39,964 nt of DNA from Enterococcus phage EFA-2: the sequence record MT350293.1; one strand, given 5' to 3'. A program made the translations under genes and the position numbers. This document shows positions 31,544 to 39,672 of the stretch, one piece after another (position 1 is the first letter of the stretch; every line of letters starts with the position of its first letter). The notes beneath the pieces were generated by a model. The model saw only the letters and a program-made list of their open reading frames with translations. It did no database searches and was not told where the DNA came from.

Positions 31544-31735
31544 CTTGGGCTTCTTCTCAACGCACTTGTAAGTGTACTGAGCGTATCCGTTACCAGGCTT
31601 TGGTGTCTCCTTAAGCTGTTCTGCTACTGACTGGCATATCCTGAGAGTTGGCATCTCAATAGCTGTAACAGTCGGAGATACTGAGCCTCCATCCGGAGAG
31701 GAAGCAGCGAAGATGAATAATAAAGCGGGCCACAT
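31541..31735 (-). CDS. Hypothetical 64-aa protein with hydrophobic N-terminus (MWPALLFIFAASSPDGG...), not in T7
   Basis: ORF lies between gene 1.5 and phi1.6, which are adjacent in T7. AAGGAGG RBS lies 4 nt before the ATG and the stop TAA doubles as phi1.6 -17..-15. Signal-peptide-like or TM start and two Cys. Confidence 0.55.
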   Translation of the reverse strand: MWPALLFIFAASSPDGGSVSPTVTAIEMPTLRICQSVAEQLKETPKPGNGYAQYTYKCVEKKPK

Positions 31736-31744
31736 AGCGCCTCC

Positions 31745-31834
31745 TTAAGCGTGACCATCTGGCATATCGTCGTCGCTACAGTGGAGCGCAAGGCATCCTA
31801 TGATGACGATGAGTAATGGCATTAAGTACATCAT
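31745..31834 (-). CDS. 1.5: gp1.5 (29 aa)
   Basis: Manual translation MMYLMPLLIVIIGCLALHCSDDDMPDGHA*; matches T7 gp1.5. Confidence 0.65.
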   Translation of the reverse strand: MMYLMPLLIVIIGCLALHCSDDDMPDGHA

Positions 31835-31841
31835 GATGTGT

Positions 31842-31864
31842 ACCTCCTTTAGTGAGTCGTATTA
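31842..31864 (-). promoter_or_regulatory. T7 RNAP promoter phi1.5
   Basis: rc = TAATACGACTCACTAAAGGAGGT. Confidence 0.85.
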
Positions 31865-31894
31865 AACGCAGAAAGGCCCACCCTAAGGTGAGCC
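31861..31894 (-). terminator. Early terminator TE (E. coli RNAP rho-independent)
   Basis: rc GGCTCACCTTAGGGTGGGCC hairpin + TTTCTGCGTTT, just after the ligase gene. It abuts phi1.5 directly, so there is no gene 1.4. Confidence 0.8.
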
Positions 31895-31901
31895 AGTGTG
31901 G

Positions 31902-32984
31902 TTACATTTTCTCTTGAGGGTTGTCCTCGGTGCCACGGAACATTACGAACGATGGGTGACGCAAAGAGCCATCAGGTGTTTCCTCCATGTAGCTGATTTG
32001 ACACGCCCAGCCCTCGTAAGGGTTAATCGTACAGGCATCGTTGTCGCCAATACCATATGGACTAAAGAATCCCCATTGACTCAGGGTGGCCTCTTTTACT
32101 GTCTCAGTGAACTCATCCATTAAGGCGCGAGAGATATTCGTGGCGTTAACTAAACGACCACTCTCAAGAAGCACCTCAAAACCAATCACTTTACCTTCGT
32201 TAGCCAGACCCTGCGTGCCCCATACCAGACCTTGGATAATACCGTCAGCTTCGTTCTCAGGTTTCATTTTCCACCAGCCGGACTTCTTACCGCGCTTATA
32301 GATGCACATCGGGTCTTTCACAATGAGGCCCTCATGCCCTTCTTCACGCTTCTGCTCATACAGTTGCTGTAGTTCGACCATATCGTAAACCTCGTAAGAC
32401 TCAGCCGCTTGCCATTCGATTTCAGGTAAGTATTCCTGTAGCAGAGGCAGCATGTTCTTAACGTGTTCCTGCATGAGCAGCGTCATGACATCACAGTCTT
32501 CTCCAGACTCCACGATGTGCAGTGGTAGGATAGCGTACAGTTTGACTGTTAGTAAGTTAGGGTCAAGACCGAAAGGAAGTCCCTTCATACTCACGTCCCA
32601 CGAGTCATATGGACCGCCAATATCGAACTGCATGTTCTTCTTGTTCAGCCACTTGGTCCGCAGAAGGCCGGAGCCAGTGTTGAAGTCCACTCCCTTGACC
32701 ATAAGTTCGCAATCCAACATGAAGCCATCAGGGTAGAAGCAGCGGTCATCCTTTAGCAGACCATGCCAACGTGAGTCGAACCCATTAAGGTAAGACAGTG
32801 CCGGAATCGGTTTGGATACACGAGAGAGCCAGCAACTGTCAGCGGTATTGTCTACGCAGATGTTCCCACGTACACCATCGTACTTGATGTCAGCGATAAG
32901 ATACCCAGCGTTATCCAGAGCTTTCTTAATGGCAGACTCTACGAAAGACACAGCTTTAAATGGGTTGGTCTTAATGTTCATCAT
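31902..32984 (-). CDS. 1.3: ATP-dependent DNA ligase (360 aa)
   Basis: KYDGVRG adenylation motif; matches T7 gp1.3. Confidence 0.95.
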   Translation of the reverse strand: MMNIKTNPFKAVSFVESAIKKALDNAGYLIADIKYDGVRGNICVDNTADSCWLSRVSKPIPALSYLNGFDSRWHGLLKDDRCFYPDGFMLDCELMVKGVDFNTGSGLLRTKWLNKKNMQFDIGGPYDSWDVSMKGLPFGLDPNLLTVKLYAILPLHIVESGEDCDVMTLLMQEHVKNMLPLLQEYLPEIEWQAAESYEVYDMVELQQLYEQKREEGHEGLIVKDPMCIYKRGKKSGWWKMKPENEADGIIQGLVWGTQGLANEGKVIGFEVLLESGRLVNATNISRALMDEFTETVKEATLSQWGFFSPYGIGDNDACTINPYEGWACQISYMEETPDGSLRHPSFVMFRGTEDNPQEKM

Positions 32985-33004
32985 AGTGTTTATCTCCTAT
33001 TGGT

Positions 33005-33045
33005 TAAATGACTAAGGCCACTCAATGAGCGACCTTAAGCATTGT
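33005..33045 (-). promoter_or_regulatory. RNase III hairpin R1.3-like
   Basis: rc GGGACAATGCTTAAGGTCGCTCATTGAGTGGCCTTAGTC. Confidence 0.5.
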
Positions 33046-33065
33046 CCCTTTAGTGAGTCGTATTA
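33043..33065 (-). promoter_or_regulatory. T7 RNAP promoter phi1.3
   Basis: rc = TAATACGACTCACTAAAGGGACA; the gene 1.2 stop TAA forms -17..-15. Confidence 0.8.
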
Positions 33066-33320
33066 CTTCCAGTGCTTCAACTGGTCGTACATACGGTTCA
33101 GCCAAGAGGTTCCCATATTGTACAGAACGTCTTCGTCGCAGTGGTGAATCTCCTCCTGAGCAATTATGCGACCAGTACGGTCTTCAATCCGAAGGTGTAT
33201 GGTCGCCTTTATGTTTGGTGAACCTTCCTTCTCAACAACTATAACAGCAAGGTCCAACTGGTAGAGCCTGTTACAAGCAGCCTTGAAGTCATTCAGGTTC
33301 CCACTGTATAAGCACCCCAT
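33063..33320 (-). CDS. 1.2: gp1.2 dGTPase inhibitor-like (85 aa)
   Basis: Start at MGCLYSGNLNDFKAA...; matches T7 gp1.2. The ORF-track upstream extension is out of context. Confidence 0.85.
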   Translation of the reverse strand: MGCLYSGNLNDFKAACNRLYQLDLAVIVVEKEGSPNIKATIHLRIEDRTGRIIAQEEIHHCDEDVLYNMGTSWLNRMYDQLKHWK

Positions 33321-33321
33321 C

Positions 33322-33450
33322 TTACTGACCCTCCCAGCTACGTTTATGCGAACGGTCACGCTTAGTCTTATTAAACTTGCGACCTTTGGTTTCCTCGAAG
33401 TCATGAGCGTTACGGTTAGAACGTTTGGTCATCTTTTCGAAGTTACGCAT
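33322..33450 (-). CDS. 1.1: gp1.1 basic small protein (42 aa)
   Basis: Manual translation MRNFEKMTKRSNRNAHDFEETKGRKFNKTKRDRSHKRSWEGQ*; matches T7 gp1.1. Confidence 0.7.
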   Translation of the reverse strand: MRNFEKMTKRSNRNAHDFEETKGRKFNKTKRDRSHKRSWEGQ

Positions 33451-33455
33451 ACTTA

Positions 33456-33528
33456 AAGTCCTCTCTTAGTAATTCTTTAATTTAAATCTTTAATTAACAC
33501 TTAATGGTCTTAAAGTTAAACCTTAAGG
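33456..33528. other. AT-rich region of the primary replication origin (downstream of phi1.1A/B)
   Basis: tctttaatttaaatctttaattaacacttaatggtcttaaagttaaacc; position equivalent to the T7 primary origin. Confidence 0.5.
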
Positions 33529-33551
33529 TTCTCCTATAGTGAGTCGTATTA
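33529..33551 (-). promoter_or_regulatory. T7 RNAP promoter phi1.1B
   Basis: rc = TAATACGACTCACTATAGGAGAA. Confidence 0.85.
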
Positions 33552-33603
33552 ACCGGAAGAAGGTCAATCATAAAGGCCACTCGTTTAAGTGACCTTGAGT
33601 TTG
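33552..33603 (-). promoter_or_regulatory. RNase III hairpin R1.1-like
   Basis: rc GGGACAAACTCAAGGTCACTTAAACGAGTGGCCTTTATGATTGACC. Confidence 0.55.
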
Positions 33604-33626
33604 TCCCTCTATAGTGAGTCGTATTA
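33604..33626 (-). promoter_or_regulatory. T7 RNAP promoter phi1.1A
   Basis: rc = TAATACGACTCACTATAGAGGGA. Confidence 0.85.
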
Positions 33627-33634
33627 ATTTGACG

Positions 33635-36286
33635 TTACGCGAACGCGAAGTCTGACTTAAGGATGTCTTGGAGGTTCAAGTTACCTTTAGTCGGAAGTGC
33701 TGGCATTTTGTCCAATTGAGACTCATGCAATTGGTCAGCGAACTGGTCGTAGAAGTCAGCCAGTACATCACAAGACTCATAGGTGTCAACCATAGTTTCG
33801 CGCACAGCTTTGAACAGGTTGGCAGCGTCAGCCGGAATGGTCCCGAAGGAGTCGTGAATCAGTGCAAACGATTCGATTCCGTACTTCTCGTGCGCCCACA
33901 CCACAGTCTTGCGCAGGTGGCTACCATCTTGGCTGTGTACAAAGTTAGGAGCGATACCGGACTCCTGTTTGTGTGCGTCAATCTCGCTGTCCTTGTTTGT
34001 GTTAATGGTCGGCTGTAGACGGAACTGACCGAGGAATATCAGGTTCAAGCGAGCCTGGATAGGCTTCTTGTATTCCTGCCACACAGGGAAGCCATCAGGA
34101 GTTACCCAATGCACAGCGCAGCGCTTGCGAAGAATCTCTCCAGTCTTCTTATCTTTCACCTCAGCGGCCAGAAGTTTAGCGGCAGATTTAAGCCAGTTCA
34201 TTGCCTCAACCGCAGCCACCACGGTCACACTCACAGCTTCCCAAATCAGCTTAGCCATGTACCCAGCAGCCTGATTCGGTTGAGTAAACATCAGACCCTT
34301 GCCGGAATCGATAGCTGGCTGAATGGTATCTTCCAGCACTTGTTGACGGAAGCCGAACTCTTTGGACCCGTAAGCCAGCGTCATGACTGAACGCTTAGTC
34401 ACGCTTCGAGTGACACCATAAGCCAACCATTGACCAGCCAGAGCCTTAGTGCCCAGCTTGACTTTCTCAGAGATTTCTCCAGTGTTCTCATCGGTCACGG
34501 TAACTACTTCGTTGTCGGTCCCGTTGATTACATCCTCTTGCAGAATCACGTTGACTTTCTTAGCGACAATCCCGTAGATGTCCTGAACGGTTTCACTAGG
34601 CAGCAGGTTAACAGCAAGACCGCCCACCTCATCGCGGAGCATCGCGGAGAAGTGTTGAATACCGGAGCAAGACCCATCGAACGCCAGAGGCAGCGAGCAG
34701 TTGTAGCTCAGACCGTGGTGCTGTACCCCAGCGTACTCAAAGCAGAACGCGAGGAAGCAGAATGGAGAATCTTGCTCAGCCCACCAAGTGTTCTCCAGAG
34801 GAGATTTAGCGCAAGCCATGATATTCTCGTGGTTGTCCTCAATGAACTTGATGCGCTCAGGGAACGGAACCTTATCGACTCCCGCGCAGTTAGCACCGTG
34901 GATTTTCAGCCAGTAGTAACCTTCCTTGCCGATTGGTTTACCTTTAGCCAGTGTCAGCAGCCCCTTGGTCATGTCGTTACCTTGCGGGTTGAACATTGAC
35001 ACAGCGTAAACACGTCCGCGCCAGTCCATGTTGTAAGGGAACCAGATGGCCTTATGGTTAGCGAACTTGTTGGCTTGCTCCAGCATGAACTCAAGGCTGA
35101 TACGGCGAGACTTGCGTGCCTTGTCTTTGCGGTACACAGCGGCAGCAGCACGTTTCCACGCGGTGAGTGCCTCAGGATTCGTGTCGATGTCTTCCGGTTT
35201 CATCGGGAGTTCTTCACGTTCAGTCGCTGGGATGTCCTCTACAGGGCAGTGCTTCCACTTGGTGATTACGTTGGCGACCGCTAGGACTTTCTTGTTGATT
35301 TTCCATGCGGTGTTTTGCGCAATGTTAATCGCTTTGTATACCTCAGGCATGTAAACATCTTCGTAGCGCAGCAGTGCTTTCTTGCTGTGAGTGCGTACCA
35401 GCGCCAGAGGACGGCGACCGTTAGCCCAATAGCCACCACCAGTAATACCAGTCCACGGCTTAGGAGGGACTACGCAAGGCTGGAACATTGGGGAAATACC
35501 AGCTAGTGCTCCAGCGCGAGTGGCGATGGCCTCAGCGTATTCAGGCGCGAGTTCGATAGTCTCAGAGTCTTGCCCTACTACGCCAGCGTTTTGACGATGT
35601 AAGCTAACCATTCCGGTTGACTCAATGAGCATCTCAATGCAGCGCACCCCAACGTGAATCGAGTCTTCCTTATGCCATGAAGACCACGCCTCGCCTCCCA
35701 TTAGACCCTTAGAGAGCATGTCAGCCTCGACAACCTGCATGAATGCTTTCTTGTAGACGTGCCCTACGCGCTTGTTGAGTTGTTCCTCAACGTTTTTCTT
35801 GAAGTGCTTGGCCTCAAGGTCACGGATGCGACCGAAGCGGGCCTCATCCTCAATGGCTCGACCGATTGCGCTTGCTACAGCCTGAACGGTTGTATTGTCC
35901 GCACTGGTTAGGCAAGCCAGAGTGGTCTTGATAGTGATGTACGCTATAGCTTCCGGCTTGATTTCTTGCAGGAACTGGAAGGCTGTCGGGCGTTTGCCTC
36001 GCTTAGCTTTCACTTCCTCAAACCAGTCGTTGATGCGTGCAATCATCTTAGGTAGCAGGGTAGTAATGAGAGGCTTAGCGGCAGCGTTATCCGCAACCTC
36101 ACCAGCTTTAAGTTGACGCTCAAACATCTTGCGGAAGCGTGCTTCACCCATCTCGTAAGACTCGTGCTCAAGGGCCAACTGTTCGCGAGCTAAACGCTCA
36201 CCGTAATGGTCAGCCAGAGTGTTGAACGGAATAGCAGCCAGTTCGATGTCAGAGAAGTCGTTCTTAGCGATGTTAATCGTGTTCAT
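33635..36286 (-). CDS. 1: T7-type single-subunit DNA-dependent RNA polymerase (883 aa)
   Basis: MNTINIAKNDFSDIELAAIPFNTLADHYGERLAREQLALEHESYEMGEARF...FAFA; matches T7 RNAP. Confidence 0.97.
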   Translation of the reverse strand: MNTINIAKNDFSDIELAAIPFNTLADHYGERLAREQLALEHESYEMGEARFRKMFERQLKAGEVADNAAAKPLITTLLPKMIARINDWFEEVKAKRGKRPTAFQFLQEIKPEAIAYITIKTTLACLTSADNTTVQAVASAIGRAIEDEARFGRIRDLEAKHFKKNVEEQLNKRVGHVYKKAFMQVVEADMLSKGLMGGEAWSSWHKEDSIHVGVRCIEMLIESTGMVSLHRQNAGVVGQDSETIELAPEYAEAIATRAGALAGISPMFQPCVVPPKPWTGITGGGYWANGRRPLALVRTHSKKALLRYEDVYMPEVYKAINIAQNTAWKINKKVLAVANVITKWKHCPVEDIPATEREELPMKPEDIDTNPEALTAWKRAAAAVYRKDKARKSRRISLEFMLEQANKFANHKAIWFPYNMDWRGRVYAVSMFNPQGNDMTKGLLTLAKGKPIGKEGYYWLKIHGANCAGVDKVPFPERIKFIEDNHENIMACAKSPLENTWWAEQDSPFCFLAFCFEYAGVQHHGLSYNCSLPLAFDGSCSGIQHFSAMLRDEVGGLAVNLLPSETVQDIYGIVAKKVNVILQEDVINGTDNEVVTVTDENTGEISEKVKLGTKALAGQWLAYGVTRSVTKRSVMTLAYGSKEFGFRQQVLEDTIQPAIDSGKGLMFTQPNQAAGYMAKLIWEAVSVTVVAAVEAMNWLKSAAKLLAAEVKDKKTGEILRKRCAVHWVTPDGFPVWQEYKKPIQARLNLIFLGQFRLQPTINTNKDSEIDAHKQESGIAPNFVHSQDGSHLRKTVVWAHEKYGIESFALIHDSFGTIPADAANLFKAVRETMVDTYESCDVLADFYDQFADQLHESQLDKMPALPTKGNLNLQDILKSDFAFA

Positions 36287-36299
36287 TTAGTGCCTCTTC

Positions 36300-36358
36300 C
36301 GGTTAGTAAATCGTATCTATTCAGGCCACCCTCAATCAGATGACCTGTAAGATAAGAC
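36300..36358 (-). promoter_or_regulatory. RNase III hairpin R1-like
   Basis: rc GTCTTATCTTACAGGTCATCTGATTGAGGGTGGCCTGAATAGATACGATTTACTAAC. Confidence 0.5.
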
Positions 36359-36360
36359 TA

Positions 36361-37440
36361 TCAGCCCATTAGCATTGCGTCAAGTTTCTTGTCTATATTC
36401 AGCGGCAGACCATTAACGATAGCCAGCCTGTCAGCGTTGCGCCAGTTTATCGCAACTCGTTCCTCAAGTGCCTTAAAGTCGCCAGAGAACATGTTAACCC
36501 AGAGCATAGCGTTATTGGTCTTTCCAAGTACATCTACAGCCACCTCATGGTTACGTCGTTCTTGCCGTTCAGCCCAGCGCCACGCGGCAAGCATTCTCTC
36601 GTGCTTAGCTTTGTGTGCTTTACGTGCCTTACGGTTACGGCGCTTTACTTTGCGTGCCTCCAATCGGCCAACGTGACGTGCTTTACGTGCCTTAGCGCGG
36701 TCAATTGCTCTCTGGTGTGCGGCTTCCTCAACTTCCTTGATGAGTTCCTCAGGGTCAATACTGAATGCGCCACCGTCTTTCTTCTGCGAGAATGACACAG
36801 GGTCGGTAATATACGGTACGCCTCCATTTGAGAACATGATGTTCCCGCTGTGCATATCGAACGAAGCGATTCCCTCAAAGAACTTGCGGATTAACTTGCA
36901 AGTCTCGACGAACTCGCCCTCCCATCCAGTTAATGTATCGTGCTCATCTGAGTTGTAGTCAATGATATCACTTGCAATCTCAGCGTACTTATAGTGAGCA
37001 TCATTATTGAAACGCTCGCAATCATTCAGTGCATCAAGTACCACCGTATAGCACCCAGCGTGACGCTGTACATCGTAGACGTTAGGGATACCAGCGCGAC
37101 CCTGATACATGCGGCAGAATGCGGTATACGCAGCGCCTGAGTCCTCTTTCTTAAAGCCTACTTTAATCACTCTGTTGGGTAGCAATGGGTGACTGTAAGC
37201 AGCGGAGAAGTGACCATTACCGAGCATCTTAAACCCTGCATCAGTCGTGAGACACTTCAAGGTAGTCCACCAATCTTGATGTTCAAGTGCCTGATTCAGT
37301 TCGGTCAACTCTCCATCGCTTGTCTCGCTGTTGACCATCTCGACCAGTAAATCAATGAGCATACCTTGTCGCTTATCAAGTTCACAGATTGGCAGTGCTT
37401 TGATTGCGTCGATAGCGTTCATGATGTCGATAGCGTTCAC
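36361..37440 (-). CDS. 0.7: Ser/Thr protein kinase / host transcription shutoff (359 aa, probable GTG start)
   Basis: Matches T7 gp0.7. The start is placed at GTG ([14 protein letters not shown]...), giving a T7-length product. The ORF-track 378-aa version overlaps gene 0.6. An ATG 6 codons downstream is an alternative start. Confidence 0.8.
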   Translation of the reverse strand: MNAIDIMNAIDAIKALPICELDKRQGMLIDLLVEMVNSETSDGELTELNQALEHQDWWTTLKCLTTDAGFKMLGNGHFSAAYSHPLLPNRVIKVGFKKEDSGAAYTAFCRMYQGRAGIPNVYDVQRHAGCYTVVLDALNDCERFNNDAHYKYAEIASDIIDYNSDEHDTLTGWEGEFVETCKLIRKFFEGIASFDMHSGNIMFSNGGVPYITDPVSFSQKKDGGAFSIDPEELIKEVEEAAHQRAIDRAKARKARHVGRLEARKVKRRNRKARKAHKAKHERMLAAWRWAERQERRNHEVAVDVLGKTNNAMLWVNMFSGDFKALEERVAINWRNADRLAIVNGLPLNIDKKLDAMLMG

Positions 37441-37459
37441 TTTGTGTATTCTCCAAAAG

Positions 37460-37597
37460 TTAGATGTTGTTGAGCTTGCGATTGGTGCGCAGTTCACGCT
37501 TAAGGCGTTCGATTCGCTGTTTCATTGCGAAGCCATCAGGCGTGCATACAGTTGCCCCGTTGGGCGTGTGGATAGGCATAACGTAGTGTTTCAGCAT
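37460..37597 (-). CDS. 0.6: gp0.6-like (45 aa)
   Basis: Manual translation [45 protein letters not shown]; matches the T7 gp0.6A N-terminal part. Confidence 0.6.
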   Translation of the reverse strand: MLKHYVMPIHTPNGATVCTPDGFAMKQRIERLKRELRTNRKLNNI

Positions 37598-37725
37598 TTG
37601 CGTATTACTCCTGTGATGATGCAAGCCACAAAGTAAGAGCCTACAGCTACACCCAAAGCCTTCCCAAAGGATGTACCTACAGCTAGACCCAGAGCGGTGA
37701 GCAGACCGATAGTAAGCATATACAT
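37591..37725 (-). CDS. 0.5: gp0.5-like small membrane protein (44 aa)
   Basis: Manual translation [44 protein letters not shown]; matches T7 gp0.5. The start may be the second ATG (37719). Confidence 0.6.
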   Translation of the reverse strand: MYMLTIGLLTALGLAVGTSFGKALGVAVGSYFVACIITGVIRKC

Positions 37726-37740
37726 TACTCCCTCGTAAGT

Positions 37741-37795
37741 AAAGTGATAATCATGAAGGCCACTCGCGAGGAGCGACCTTGAGTTTATCGCTAGT
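37741..37795 (-). promoter_or_regulatory. RNase III hairpin, R0.5-type repeat copy A
   Basis: aaagtgataatcatgaaggccactcgcgaggagcgaccttgagtttatcgctag; ~85% identical to copies B and C. Confidence 0.5.
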
Positions 37796-38075
37796 ATTGC
37801 AAATCTTTAAGCGCAACCTTGAGTATTGTTTCGATATGTGCATCAGTCACGTCAGTTAGATACCCACCTATTAGCGTAACTGTGTTATGCTCAGAGATTA
37901 TTCTGGTAGTCTCTTTAAAGCCTACTGCGTGGTAACAGTCCCACATAAATCTACGGAATGTTAGGCCTTTCTCCTTATAAGCCCGTGCAACATCAGCAAG
38001 TCCTCCCGCGTTATGTGCAGCTTTGGATTCTATTGCTGACCGTAGTGCTACCGCTGTATCTTTGCTTAAGCGCAT
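37791..38075 (-). CDS. Hypothetical early protein (94 aa), no T7 counterpart recognised
   Basis: ORF MRLSKDTAVALRSAIESKAAHNAGG... with GAAGGAAG RBS. It lies in the class I region between genes 0.4 and 0.5 and is preceded by an RNase III hairpin. Confidence 0.6.
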   Translation of the reverse strand: MRLSKDTAVALRSAIESKAAHNAGGLADVARAYKEKGLTFRRFMWDCYHAVGFKETTRIISEHNTVTLIGGYLTDVTDAHIETILKVALKDLQY

Positions 38076-38094
38076 TGTGTGCTTCCTTCATAAG

Positions 38095-38160
38095 GTAAAG
38101 TGATAATCATAAAGGCCACTCCTATTGAGCGACCTTGAGCCTATCACTTGGTAGACTTGA
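38095..38160 (-). promoter_or_regulatory. RNase III hairpin, R0.5-type repeat copy B
   Basis: aaagtgataatcataaaggccactcctattgagcgaccttgagcctatcacttgg. Confidence 0.5.
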
Positions 38161-38169
38161 AGCCTGTTG

Positions 38170-38370
38170 TCAATCGTTCCAACCTGCACATGTTGCTTGG
38201 TGTATCACACAGGCTTGATACTCCTCTTGCGCTAAAATCGGGTTTACCCAATGCGTGACCTGTTTGCCGTAGCGTACAACATAGGTGCATCCCATTGACC
38301 CGTGATAGTACTCACGCAGCGTTACAGTGCATTGGCCTTTGATTTTAGAGGTTGCCAGAAGTTTACTCAT
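38170..38370 (-). CDS. Hypothetical early protein (66 aa, 5 Cys), no T7 counterpart recognised
   Basis: Start chosen at MSKLLATSKIKGQCTVTLREYYHGSMGC... (AGGA RBS). The longer ORF-track start reads through the RNase III hairpin. Confidence 0.5.
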   Translation of the reverse strand: MSKLLATSKIKGQCTVTLREYYHGSMGCTYVVRYGKQVTHWVNPILAQEEYQACVIHQATCAGWND

Positions 38371-38390
38371 AGTGTTAGTCCTATTGCATG

Positions 38391-38445
38391 TTAAAGTGAT
38401 AATCATAAAGGCCACTCGCTAGGAGCGACCTTGAGTCTATCACTT
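38391..38445 (-). promoter_or_regulatory. RNase III hairpin, R0.5-type repeat copy C (closest to T7 R0.5)
   Basis: aaagtgataatcataaaggccactcgctaggagcgaccttgagtctatcactt. Confidence 0.55.
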
Positions 38446-38592
38446 ACTATTACCGTACATCGCCTTACGTGCTCGATATGTCTGTGCTAATTGTGCCATA
38501 CAGTACCCGAAAGAGGCACCATAAGCCATAGCCACGCGGTACGTTTGGAGCATTTCTCTTGTTAGACCATATTGCACGTTGTTAGTAGCCAT
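38440..38592 (-). CDS. 0.4: gp0.4-like (FtsZ-inhibitor family), 50 aa
   Basis: Manual translation [50 protein letters not shown]. The N-terminus matches T7 gp0.4 (MSTTNVQYGLTAQ...); the ATG overlaps the 0.3 TAA. Confidence 0.55.
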   Translation of the reverse strand: MATNNVQYGLTREMLQTYRVAMAYGASFGYCMAQLAQTYRARKAMYGNSK

Positions 38593-38954
38593 TACTCTTC
38601 GCCCTCTTCGTAGTCTTCCTCTTCCTCGACTTCCTCAAGGTACTCGTTCAGTAAGTCCTCAGCGTCTTCCCAGAGGTCAATCGTGAGTTGCTCATAGATA
38701 CGCGCTTGCAGGATACGGATTACGTCCTTGGTGTCCGGCATAAGGCCAGAGTCTTCGAACTCAAGGTCAATGCCCTCGCTTGCCATTACGCTGAAAACGT
38801 CACTGTAATAGTGCGGAACGGCGTTATCGGCAGCCATATGAACAGCATCATGCAGGTCATCAGTGTCGCGGATGTCATCATAACGGATGTTTTCTTTCAG
38901 CATTTCGCAAGCGTGGTCGAAAACGTTGTTGTAAGTCATGTTAGACATAGCCAT
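38592..38954 (-). CDS. 0.3: Ocr, DNA-mimic anti-restriction protein (120 aa, very acidic)
   Basis: [36 protein letters not shown]... matches T7 Ocr. Confidence 0.95.
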   Translation of the reverse strand: MAMSNMTYNNVFDHACEMLKENIRYDDIRDTDDLHDAVHMAADNAVPHYYSDVFSVMASEGIDLEFEDSGLMPDTKDVIRILQARIYEQLTIDLWEDAEDLLNEYLEEVEEEEDYEEGEE

Positions 38955-38974
38955 CTTGTGTTACCTCGTGCAGT

Positions 38975-39035
38975 TGTTAGTGAATATCATAAAGGGCACC
39001 TTGCGATACCCTTGAGTTATCCGCTAGTCATGCAC
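38975..39035 (-). promoter_or_regulatory. RNase III hairpin R0.3-like upstream of ocr
   Basis: gaatatcataaagggcaccttgcgatacccttgagttatccgctagtcatgcact. Confidence 0.5.
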
Positions 39036-39138
39036 TCAAGAGCTATTTACCAGATTGTTAAAGAGCATGTCGGTCAGGTTTCGTTAGACCCTAGCGCGTT
39101 TCAGTGTTGCGCCTCACTGTTCCGTCATTTCGTGGTAC

Positions 39139-39167
39139 ATCGTACCGTGTTTACTTCATGCTGTCAA
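39139..39167 (-). promoter_or_regulatory. E. coli sigma70 early promoter A3-like
   Basis: rc TTGACA -17 nt- TACGAT. Confidence 0.6.
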
Positions 39168-39243
39168 CCGTTTTGTTTCACCTTATGTGCCGTGGTGCGC
39201 TTAAGTCACCTAGAAGACACCTTGTGTCCGGTTGACGCTGTGT

Positions 39244-39273
39244 ATCTTACTGCATGTTACTTCATGTTGTCAA
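39244..39273 (-). promoter_or_regulatory. E. coli sigma70 early promoter A2-like
   Basis: rc TTGACA -18 nt- TAAGAT. Confidence 0.6.
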
Positions 39274-39371
39274 TGCCTGTTTTTCGTATGACTTATCAGG
39301 CTGTCTACTTATCCGGTTGACCCCGGTATCTCAGAGAGTGGCTTTAGGCCGTTGTCCCGTTGACGATGTGA

Positions 39372-39400
39372 ATAGTAACCGGTAGGACTCTTTAAGTCAA
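39372..39400 (-). promoter_or_regulatory. E. coli sigma70 early promoter A1-like
   Basis: rc TTGACT -17 nt- TACTAT, preceded by an AAAAGAG A-rich UP-like tract. Confidence 0.65.
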
Positions 39401-39450
39401 TACTCTTTTAAATTATTTTGATTAATCTCTTTTAAGGCCTCTTTAAGTAG

Positions 39451-39473
39451 TCTCCTTATAGTGAGTTGTATTA
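39451..39473 (-). promoter_or_regulatory. T7 RNAP promoter phiOL (A at -11, +1 A)
   Basis: rc = TAATACAACTCACTATAAGGAGA, as at the T7 left-end origin promoter. Confidence 0.75.
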
Positions 39474-39475
39474 AA

Positions 39476-39672
39476 GAGACAATGATTAAAGGGTGTCTCT
39501 TTATAGGTAACAACAAGGCGTCTTTAGGTATGGTCTTTAGGTATGGTCTTTAGGCTTATCTTTAAGATAGGGATTGACTGAATGGGCCTTTAAGGGTAGT
39601 CTTTAGGTTGTAGACGGTAGGAATTACTTTAGGAGGTGACTTTAGGAGGATACTTTAGGAGGCTGAACAGAT
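39476..39672. repeat. Left-end array of ctttagg (CCTAAAG) heptamer-containing repeats adjoining the terminal repeat
   Basis: ctttagg occurs more than 10 times in ~200 bp (continues into window 1-108). This is the equivalent of the T7 left-end repeats needed for concatemer processing/packaging. Confidence 0.55.
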
